A stretch of DNA of 64,000 bases. Source: an uncultured virus (IMG/VR IMGVR_UViG_2597490189_000005). Taxonomy: Duplodnaviria; Heunggongvirae; Uroviricota; Caudoviricetes. Numbering within the stretch: the first letter of the stretch is position 1; every line of letters starts with the position of its first letter. The position numbers and the translations under genes are program-made. The stretch is taken from IMG/VR virus record IMGVR_UViG_2597490189_000005. One strand, written 5' to 3'. This document shows, piece after piece, positions 41,390 through 48,949 of the stretch. The notes below the pieces were generated by a model. It was not told the origin of the DNA, ran no database searches, and saw only the letters and a program-made list of their open reading frames with translations.

Positions 41390-42109
41390 ATGACAGAACA
41401 AACTACACAAAAGAAATACGAACTACTCAAAGATGACACAGTAGAACATTTAGGCAGAACGCTCTATCGAATTAAAGCACTTATTACATTTGGTTTAGTT
41501 GGAGCAGGCCAATTAGGCGGTTATATCGAAACCGAAAAGAATTTAGATCATAGCGGTAATGCTTGGGTGTACGATAATGCTCGGGTGTGCGGTGACGCTT
41601 GCGTGTACGGTAACGCTGGGGTGTACGATAATGCTTGGGTGTACGGTAATGCTCGGGTGTACGGTAATGCTCGGGTGTACGGTAAGGCTTGGGTGTTCGG
41701 TAACGCTTGCGTGTACGGTAACGCTGGGGTGTACGGTAAGGCTTGGGTGTTCGGTAACGCTTGGGTGTTCGGTGATGCTCGGGTGTACGGTGACGCTTGC
41801 GTGTACGGTAACGCTGGGGTGTGCGGTGATGCTCGGGTGTACGATATCGCTCGGGTGTTCGGTGATGCTCGGGTGAGATCTTTTGCAGTTATCTCTGAAC
41901 GCAAAATGATTTTTTGGGCAAGTAATGTAGGCTCAGAAAATGGAACGCTTACGGTCTTTAATGGAAAATTTGGGTTAATTGTTACTCGTGGTTGCTTTAC
42001 AGGCACGGTGGACGAGTTTTTATCAAAATCAAAAGAAGTCCACGATGACAAGACCCATCACGAATACAAACTACTGATTGAAGTTGCTCAAAGTAGAATT
42101 CTTAACTAA
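41390..42109 (+). CDS. Hexapeptide-repeat (left-handed beta-helix-like) protein
   Basis: About 18 GNA.VY-type units encoded by 18-bp repeats at 41555-41876. Confidence 0.85.
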   Translation: MTEQTTQKKYELLKDDTVEHLGRTLYRIKALITFGLVGAGQLGGYIETEKNLDHSGNAWVYDNARVCGDACVYGNAGVYDNAWVYGNARVYGNARVYGKAWVFGNACVYGNAGVYGKAWVFGNAWVFGDARVYGDACVYGNAGVCGDARVYDIARVFGDARVRSFAVISERKMIFWASNVGSENGTLTVFNGKFGLIVTRGCFTGTVDEFLSKSKEVHDDKTHHEYKLLIEVAQSRILN

Positions 42110-42145
42110 CTCGCTATCTAGGTGAGTTTTTTTATGGAGTTAATA

Positions 42146-42928
42146 ATGACAGAAAATATTGAGCCTTATTTGCAACCACAAAAAAGACAAATTATCGCAG
42201 ATAAAGACAAAGAACAGCAGTTGCTTAAAATGGCAAAAGAACATTATACGTCCTATGCGGATGTAGCGAAATTTGCTGACGCCTTAAATCTGCGGGCAGG
42301 TATCGTTTACCTTACATTAAAGTATCACGGTTTTGTTAAACAAACGGAAACAACACAATATCGCGTCTTGGATAGTTATTATCGACACAATGGCGACCTT
42401 AAAGAAATCACAAAAGATGTTGGTTTGACCGTGTGGATTGTGGCAAAAACCCTTGAACAGTTAAATTTATCCCCAAACTGGGCGAGTTATAAAGAGCGAG
42501 CAGAAACTGGTTTAAAAGGAGATTGGGCGGAGAATGAATTTAAACGTTTAGTCCCTTCTGCTATTGATATGAATATGCAGTATCAAATGAATAATCCTCG
42601 TTTTGATTTTGTTGTAAACAACAAAGAGATTGACGTGAAGTATTCTTCGGTTAGGAAAGTTAGAGGCTCGAATCAATATGCTTTAAGGTACGATCCTGAT
42701 AACTTACCGGATTTCTTTTGCCTTTTTGCTTCAGATGATGAAGTTGAAAAAAGTGATGGCCCACCGAGTGGCTATCGTATTCTCCTACTCCCTAGAGAGA
42801 TATTGCCTAAAAATAAAACCCAAGTAAACATCAATTCAGATCCCGACAACAAAAGAGCCTCAAGCACAATGTATTGGGATTTTGCAGTAGAGCCTGCGGC
42901 ACTATCTGCGCTTTTGGAGAATATCTAA
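42146..42928 (+). CDS. HTH + putative PD-(D/E)XK nuclease
   Basis: E..F, FDF, IDVKYS. Confidence 0.5.
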   Translation: MTENIEPYLQPQKRQIIADKDKEQQLLKMAKEHYTSYADVAKFADALNLRAGIVYLTLKYHGFVKQTETTQYRVLDSYYRHNGDLKEITKDVGLTVWIVAKTLEQLNLSPNWASYKERAETGLKGDWAENEFKRLVPSAIDMNMQYQMNNPRFDFVVNNKEIDVKYSSVRKVRGSNQYALRYDPDNLPDFFCLFASDDEVEKSDGPPSGYRILLLPREILPKNKTQVNINSDPDNKRASSTMYWDFAVEPAALSALLENI

Positions 42929-42929
42929 T

Positions 42930-43574
42930 GTGAATGAGTTGCTTTCTCTTATCCAAACAATGGGGCGTAAACATGACAATTTAAGAGTGTTTCAAGACTT
43001 TGTTGAAATCTGTGCTTGTGCCATTAGCAAACCCTTTCAAGATCGTGATGAAAGATACTTCTCCATTAAATCACGCTACACCGATGATGAGATGTATCAA
43101 TTTCATCAGCTGGGACAAATTCTTCTTAATCTTTTAGAAGAAGAACCTCAAGATGTGTTAGGCCAATGCTATATGAAGCTACAAATTGCCAACAAACAAC
43201 GTGGACAATGTTTCACACCTCTTTCTACGGGTCAAGTGATGGCAAATATGCTTATTGCCCCAAGCGAAATAGACGAGAAAGGCTATTTCACGCTGAACGA
43301 GCCCACTTGCGGAAGCGGTGCATTAATTATCAGCTTTTGCGAAACATTAAAATCACAAGGCTATAATCCGCAGCAACAATTACTCGTTATTGCGCAAGAT
43401 ATCGACTTAAAAAGTGTTCAGATGTGCTATGTGCAACTTTCACTCTTGGGTATATCCGCCATCATTCAACACGCAAATCCTATTGCAAATAACGTAATAG
43501 ATACCTACTACACCCCACTCTATTTATTACAAAGGAACCGTTATGAAAACCCTCAATCCTTTCAAACTGCGTAA
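42930..43574 (+). CDS. N6-adenine methyltransferase-like protein
   Basis: GQCFTP, EPTCGSG, QDID. No NPP(Y/F) motif seen. Confidence 0.7.
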   Translation: MNELLSLIQTMGRKHDNLRVFQDFVEICACAISKPFQDRDERYFSIKSRYTDDEMYQFHQLGQILLNLLEEEPQDVLGQCYMKLQIANKQRGQCFTPLSTGQVMANMLIAPSEIDEKGYFTLNEPTCGSGALIISFCETLKSQGYNPQQQLLVIAQDIDLKSVQMCYVQLSLLGISAIIQHANPIANNVIDTYYTPLYLLQRNRYENPQSFQTA

Positions 43575-43806
43575 GCAGTTAAACTATTATATGACACTCT
43601 GCTCACGGCAAGCCCTTGCCGTTATTCGAGCAAACGAACACATTTCAGAACTTGTCGCACAGAATTTCAAACAACAGCAAGAACTCGAACAACTCAAGGC
43701 TAAAGCAGAAAGCCTAGTCAAAGTATTAGAGTTTGAGAAATTTAACGTCCGCCGCTACGAAGAAATCGAAAAAGTCGTAACACACGGGCAGGGGTTTAAT
43801 TTTTAA
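43543..43806 (+). CDS. Coiled-coil hypothetical protein
   Basis: RBS AAGGA. Confidence 0.6.
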   Translation: MKTLNPFKLRKQLNYYMTLCSRQALAVIRANEHISELVAQNFKQQQELEQLKAKAESLVKVLEFEKFNVRRYEEIEKVVTHGQGFNF

Positions 43807-43949
43807 TGGGGACTAGGCAGATGAGCTGGTTGATTTCATTAACGTGTTTATGCTTAATTCTCAGCATCATCAACCTGAAATTAAGTGTAGTCAAACAAAA
43901 ACTAGGGAAAACTCTATTTTGGATGGCGCTAATGAAAGAATAAAGGGCA

Positions 43950-44168
43950 TTACGCCCCTTTCTGATTAAATAACTCAACCGCTTGCACAATCACCTGTGT
44001 TTGTGAAATACCGTGTTGCTCGGCAAGGCGTTCAATAAGCTCTATCGTTTCTTGATGAAGTTTAAAGCCTTTGAGCTTAACCCCACGCTTAGCTTCGCTT
44101 CTTGCTTGCAGTTCCTGAAGAGTTAAACCAGATTTTGGGCGACCACGAGAGCGTTTTTCAGTTTGCAT
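43950..44168 (-). CDS. Ribbon-helix-helix protein 3 (RGRP N-terminal extension)
   Basis: SEAKRGVKLKGFKL...VIVQAVELFNQKGA. Confidence 0.8.
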   Translation of the reverse strand: MQTEKRSRGRPKSGLTLQELQARSEAKRGVKLKGFKLHQETIELIERLAEQHGISQTQVIVQAVELFNQKGA

Positions 44169-44214
44169 AGAAATTCCTTGTTGATCTTTTAAGCCAAAAG
44201 GCTTATAGTTGGAG

Positions 44215-44375
44215 CCGTCAGGGGGACATCCGACCTTCCCCCTTCAGGAGTTACCTTAAACTACCGTACCTGAACAACAGGTGAGTAATACTACGGTAAC
44301 TAGGATTAGAACTCTGAAAATCTTCATATCCTAGCTCCATTTAGTGGCCCAGTGAAAGCTGGGCTTCTTATTTTC
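44215..44375 (+). ncRNA. Sib-like antisense RNA 3
   Basis: TTGATC(44181)-17-TATAGT, ggggga/tccccc hairpin, terminator gcccag-tgaaag-ctgggc-ttcttatttt. Confidence 0.72.
44256..44327 (-). CDS. Divergent Ibs-like peptide 3 (MKIFRVLILVTVVLLTCCSGTVV)
   Basis: Same ggagctaggatatg start context as module 1, shared atcctagtta core. Confidence 0.7.
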   Translation of the reverse strand: MKIFRVLILVTVVLLTCCSGTVV

Positions 44376-44398
44376 AGAACCATTCCGAAAACAAGCAT

Positions 44399-44427
44399 AT
44401 TTTAGGTTAAACCAAATAAATAATCAA
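44399..44427 (-). promoter_or_regulatory. Module 3 promoter with operator-like repeats
   Basis: TTGATT-17-TAAAAT, aggttaaac at about 44404 and 44438. Confidence 0.7.
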
Positions 44428-44557
44428 GATATTTTTAAGGTTAAACTAAAATAATTAATGTTTTTGTATTTGACACCCACCGCCCTTTCAGTTTAACATT
44501 ATCTCAATCTAAGCCGTCTAACACGGCTTTTTTTGTATCCAAAATTTGAGGTGCGGT

Positions 44558-45356
44558 ATGGTAGCTGAAACACATTACACAATAGACAAAAATATGAAAC
44601 TACTCATCGAAATTGATAACAGTGAACCGCTACAACTCTCTACCTTTTGCCAAAGTATGGAAGGGATAGCTGCAGAATACCGCCAATTTATCCAAGACAA
44701 CAAAATTGAAATTGAGCCTTGCGAACAGCATATTTATGTGGAAAAAAATCACACAAGGCTGTTTCCTTGTTGAGCTTGCCGCACTGGTTTCAAGCACCTA
44801 CCCGATAATTGAACAGGGTAATGCCATTCTCGAATTTGGAGGACATCTCAAAATGATTTTAGACTGGGCAATGAATAAAGGCGAAAAGCCCGAACGACTT
44901 ACACTGGCAATGTTAAAAAATGCTAACAATATTTTAGAACCTATCGCTATCGACCCCAAAGCACAATTCAATCTACAAGTATCGAATAATCAAGGCGATG
45001 TGCATATTCATCTACACGCCGACAATGCAATGGCAGGGCTAGCTCAAAATAACATTAACCGAGAATTGAAACTCCTCAAAGAGCGTGAAGAAAATACCTT
45101 ACGAAACACCACGCTTTATTGGTCGTCCACCGCAGACGCTCAAAGCAAAGCTCACGACAGAGCCATTATCCCTGCGATTTCATCAAAGCCAGTAAGAGTG
45201 CGATTTGAAGATAAATCACTTAAAGACACCATGATCATCAACGAAGAATACCCTTATCACAAAATCTTCTTGGTGGATGTATTGGTTGAATATATCGAAG
45301 AAGAGCCTGTTATTTATAAAATTCTGAAACTCAATGGTTCGATGAATAAAATCTAA
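44558..45356 (+). pseudogene. Hypothetical moron, frameshifted in the A-run at 44742-44748
   Basis: Two ORFs join if one A is removed (VEKITQG). Confidence 0.65.
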
Positions 45357-45462
45357 TTGACACCCACCGCCCTTTAATTTAAGATACCCCCACTTTCAAC
45401 AGAAAGTGCTTTTTTAAAATACGGAACGTGACAGGGCTTGCATTTGCAGGCTTTTTTTGTGT
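45357..45462 (+). repeat. Promoter + double-terminator leader, near-identical to 46905-47007
   Basis: About 100-bp repeat. Related promoters at 44470, 46142 and 36710. Confidence 0.9.
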
Positions 45463-45490
45463 ATTTTAGTTTTAAATTAGGAGTAATGAA

Positions 45491-45553
45491 ATGTCTAAAT
45501 CAATTAACGAAGGTTGGGACGGTTTTTCACTAAATGAAGGATGGGAAGTTTAA
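45491..45553 (+). CDS. 20-aa peptide MSKSINEGWDGFSLNEGWEV
   Basis: RBS AGGAG, TAATG coupling to the next gene. Confidence 0.65.
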   Translation: MSKSINEGWDGFSLNEGWEV

Positions 45554-46107
45554 TGCCTCAACCTACCACCAATGAAATGCTGGTATATTTTAGTAACTTT
45601 AACTTTGATATTAATCTGCTTGTAGGGCTAGGAACTTGTTTATTCACAGGTTACCTAGCCTATTTTGCGTGGTCACAACTGAAAGAATTACGAAAACAGC
45701 ACAAACAAAAAGCAACTATCGAATTACTTATCAGCAATAGCAATAATGCCTATTACCGCAAACGCCGAAAATCTTATATGAAAATGCGTGATGGGGGGCT
45801 AAACTTCACGAGCTTAGCTTGCTCCCTCGAAAAACATGCAGAAGCAACAGATGAAACAAATCGACAAAATTTCATCGTACTTGATATTCTCAACTCGATT
45901 GAATTTATTTGTGTTGGCATCAAAGAGAATTTATTTGATGAAGCCGTTTATAAACGAATGAGTAAAAGTAGCGTAATCACTGACTGGAATACGTTGAAAC
46001 CCTATATTATGGAATTGCGTCGTATTAAAAATAACAACAATAAACTGTTTTGTGAGTTTGAATGGCTTGCAGAAAAATGGATTGACGAAGATAAACCCAA
46101 ACAATAA
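45553..46107 (+). CDS. DUF4760-like membrane-anchored protein
   Basis: N-terminal TM, LN..E.I..GI....DE..YK and W..L.PYI...R...EFEWLA..W. Confidence 0.65.
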   Translation: MPQPTTNEMLVYFSNFNFDINLLVGLGTCLFTGYLAYFAWSQLKELRKQHKQKATIELLISNSNNAYYRKRRKSYMKMRDGGLNFTSLACSLEKHAEATDETNRQNFIVLDILNSIEFICVGIKENLFDEAVYKRMSKSSVITDWNTLKPYIMELRRIKNNNNKLFCEFEWLAEKWIDEDKPKQ

Positions 46108-46273
46108 CCACAAAGCTTGCTATTTCCGCAGGCTTTTGTATTTGACAACCACCGCCCCTTCGGATTAAGATAGCCGTGCTTTCAACAGAAAGTTTACAAC
46201 CACTTCAATGTGTTTTTTTATATAAAATCCTTATTTCACAAGGGATTTTCATCACTCAAACAAGGTATTTCAT

Positions 46274-46468
46274 ATGACTAAAACGCCACTGCTTGTACCT
46301 AAAAAGGTTCGCAACGTTTCAGCGAAACAGTACTTAAACGAAGCGAGAAAATCCACAGTAAGTAACAACATCCAGAATGTTACTTTTGTTCCACCTAAAA
46401 TTGGCTCTGGTGGTTATGGTTCATTCCAAATCACTTATAAAACGCCACAGCTTTGTCCAGTACGTTAA
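46274..46468 (+). CDS. Small basic hypothetical protein
   Basis: RBS, TAATG coupling to the next gene. Confidence 0.65.
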   Translation: MTKTPLLVPKKVRNVSAKQYLNEARKSTVSNNIQNVTFVPPKIGSGGYGSFQITYKTPQLCPVR

Positions 46469-46875
46469 TGAATAATAAAAACCCACAACCAACGGACGCA
46501 CAACTTCTTGCTACAATGCGAGATCTTGTGAAGGTTCAACAAGCGAATCAGGCTGTAAAAGAAAAGGAATTAGAGCTTGAACGGAAACGCATTGAATCTA
46601 ATGAGAAAATTGCACTCGCAAGTATTGAAGCTCAAAAAGGCGATCGCACTCAACAAATTACTGCAGTTTCTAAACTTCATTCACAACGCCATATCTTAAT
46701 TGGTGTAGGTGTTGTTGTTATCACAATTATTGTGGTTATTGCAATGTACACAGATAAAACAGATTTTGCATTAGAAATGCTAAAAATCGGTGGTGCATTA
46801 CTTGCTGGTTACTGGGCAGGATTTGGACGAGGCAAAGCAAGTGTTTTAGAAAAGCAACAACAAGAGAATGAATAA
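46468..46875 (+). CDS. Coiled-coil + 2TM membrane protein (DUF2335-like)
   Basis: Charged helix then two TM segments, followed by a terminator. Confidence 0.6.
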   Translation: MNNKNPQPTDAQLLATMRDLVKVQQANQAVKEKELELERKRIESNEKIALASIEAQKGDRTQQITAVSKLHSQRHILIGVGVVVITIIVVIAMYTDKTDFALEMLKIGGALLAGYWAGFGRGKASVLEKQQQENE

Positions 46876-47038
46876 GCCTACCTCGTAGGCTTTTTTATTC
46901 CATATTGACACCGCCATTTAATTTAAGATACCCCCACCTTCAACAGAAAGTGCTTTTTTAAAATACGGAACGTGACAGGGCTTGCATTTGCAGGCTTTTT
47001 TTGTGTGTGGCTTAATAACTTTAATTTAGGAAATCAAT

Positions 47039-47236
47039 ATGAAAATGACAAAACATCAATGCATTGCCAATTTCTTTATTGGTTTTGGTTCTATGTTCAA
47101 TATCGCCCCATTATTTGCTTCAATTGATATCGGTTCTCCACAAGATGACTTAAAAAATATGCAGAATGATTTTAGGCAGCTTGGTGATGATTTACGAAAA
47201 GGGATAGGAGAAGTTGTTAATGCACAGCGAAAATAA
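47039..47236 (+). CDS. Small hypothetical protein
   Basis: RBS, lies behind a repeated leader. Confidence 0.6.
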   Translation: MKMTKHQCIANFFIGFGSMFNIAPLFASIDIGSPQDDLKNMQNDFRQLGDDLRKGIGEVVNAQRK

Positions 47237-47348
47237 ACTAGCTGGAATAGATTTAAAAGAGTAACATGTTGATTTTAATACCATTTGTTAAATGGTTGAT
47301 TATGAAGTAATATCAATCATAATACCCAAAAATTAATCTAAGAAATTA

Positions 47349-47370
47349 TTTTGCGATCTAACTCGCAAGT
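47349..47370. promoter_or_regulatory. CRP-S (competence)-like site
   Basis: tttTGCGAtctaacTCGCAag matches the TGCGA-N6-TCGCA core. Confidence 0.55.
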
Positions 47371-47412
47371 CTGGAAACAAGCCTCCACAATGGAGGCTAT
47401 CCACTCTGATTT

Positions 47413-47709
47413 TTACACCTGAATCATCCCCTGCTCTTTCATATAGTCGTAAATACGCCTAATCATCAAATCTTGGAACGACTTACCAATATCTTCTTTT
47501 TTAAGTGGTTGCATCATCACTTCCATTGCTTGTTGAGCATCAAGATATTTATACTCAGTCACAATCGGATTGAATTCTGTCACTTGGTTTTCTTCGTTTT
47601 CAACTGCTGTACCTATTTGATAGGTAACATTCATTGAACCACTCTGATCCATATTGAAACCAGAGATGGTTGAATAAAGTGGATTTAAGATTTTGTTAAA
47701 TGTTGCCAT
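47413..47709 (-). CDS. Hypothetical protein at the end of the tail operon
   Basis: RBS AAGGAG, terminator at 47380-47399. Confidence 0.65.
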   Translation of the reverse strand: MATFNKILNPLYSTISGFNMDQSGSMNVTYQIGTAVENEENQVTEFNPIVTEYKYLDAQQAMEVMMQPLKKEDIGKSFQDLMIRRIYDYMKEQGMIQV

Positions 47710-47780
47710 ATAAGACTCCTTTGGTTTGTTTTAGAAAAAACCGCTTGTAACAATACAAGCGGTGAGTTCGGTAAAAAATT

Positions 47781-48443
47781 TTACGGAATGTTTGAAATAT
47801 CAATAAGGCAAATTGCATTTGGTGCACTGTTACCTAATGCACCGATATTATCTATGTAGTCGAAATAGTGGTCGCCACCATAAGAAGAACCGCTATATAC
47901 TACTGCGTGCTCTACTCTAAAGTAGCTACCTACCCGTTTAACCACATCTCTCCAATAAGTGATTGTCTTAGATGCTGGTCTATAAGCCACCGACATTCGG
48001 TTATTCAGCAGATTATAGGCAACCTTATCCGTATTCGAGACTTGCCATTGAACATAGCCATTTGGCCCAATCGCTGGCAGATAGAACATGCCAATAGGTT
48101 TTACAGGGTAATCTCCTGTGCTGAAAAATTTATTGCCTGCTTCATTAACAATCTCAATGCCGTAGGCCGCTTTGCGATTTAAGTCTTGGCTGAAAACAAA
48201 AACTTCAACCTTGGCCAAAAAGTAGGCTTTGTAGCGATTTCCATTTTTTACTAAATAGTGTGATGCTGTGTTGACATTATCAGCAACCGGACGTGCAAAG
48301 ACGGTAGGTTGTGAGTTTGAAGTAAACTCAAATACCTCAATGTAATTACCATAAGGTCTAGTCACACCACGCACCAGAAAATTTAAGGCTCGATAATTTT
48401 GCTTGATTTGCAGACGATCCAGTTGAATCCCTTGTGCTGTCAT
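47781..48443 (-). CDS. Tail-associated hypothetical protein
   Basis: YGIEI.N..G motif, downstream of J. Confidence 0.65.
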   Translation of the reverse strand: MTAQGIQLDRLQIKQNYRALNFLVRGVTRPYGNYIEVFEFTSNSQPTVFARPVADNVNTASHYLVKNGNRYKAYFLAKVEVFVFSQDLNRKAAYGIEIVNEAGNKFFSTGDYPVKPIGMFYLPAIGPNGYVQWQVSNTDKVAYNLLNNRMSVAYRPASKTITYWRDVVKRVGSYFRVEHAVVYSGSSYGGDHYFDYIDNIGALGNSAPNAICLIDISNIP

Positions 48444-48883
48444 TACTTGCTTCCCACAGTGATTAGTAATCCCGAAATATACGCATTATTGGCACGACAA
48501 ATAAACTTATTGCTGTCTTTGTCGTAAATACAAGCTGATCCTGGCATCGTCCAAGGTCGGATAAAAGGATTTGACGATTCTTCGGCTACCGCAGACATCG
48601 TGTACCACTCTTCGCCCATTATCACGGGTTGTTGTGGATTTACTTCATAGCCGTTCGATCCGCTGTCCCACGTCCAAGTGCCAGCCCCTTCAATATTCAC
48701 CCCTCCTGATGCCAAATAGCCAGGATATTGCCTAACAAGTTGAGCAAGATATTTCATATCTCGTTGCTTACCTGTGCCTTTACGGTAATAAAGGTGATAA
48801 TGTACTACATTCATTTCTTGTTCTGTTAAAGTGGCTTGTAATCTACCATTCTCGTCAAACACCTGTACTCCATATTCCGCCAT
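48443..48883 (-). CDS. Tail-associated hypothetical protein
   Basis: YGVQVFDENG motif, downstream of J. Confidence 0.65.
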   Translation of the reverse strand: MAEYGVQVFDENGRLQATLTEQEMNVVHYHLYYRKGTGKQRDMKYLAQLVRQYPGYLASGGVNIEGAGTWTWDSGSNGYEVNPQQPVIMGEEWYTMSAVAEESSNPFIRPWTMPGSACIYDKDSNKFICRANNAYISGLLITVGSK

Positions 48884-48949
48884 ATCTCCTCCATATTTTG
48901 TACTGTGATTAGATTTCTTACGTTTTTAGTCAATAATATAAATCGACAT

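Noticed and set aside
41548..42051. Antisense and alternate-frame ORFs over the 18-bp repeats, and a possible CRISPR array
   Set aside because: Shadows of the coding repeat. There are no unique spacers and no cas genes.
44462..47270. Integron cassette array
   Set aside because: The repeats are promoter/terminator leaders rather than attC-like sites, and no integron integrase is present
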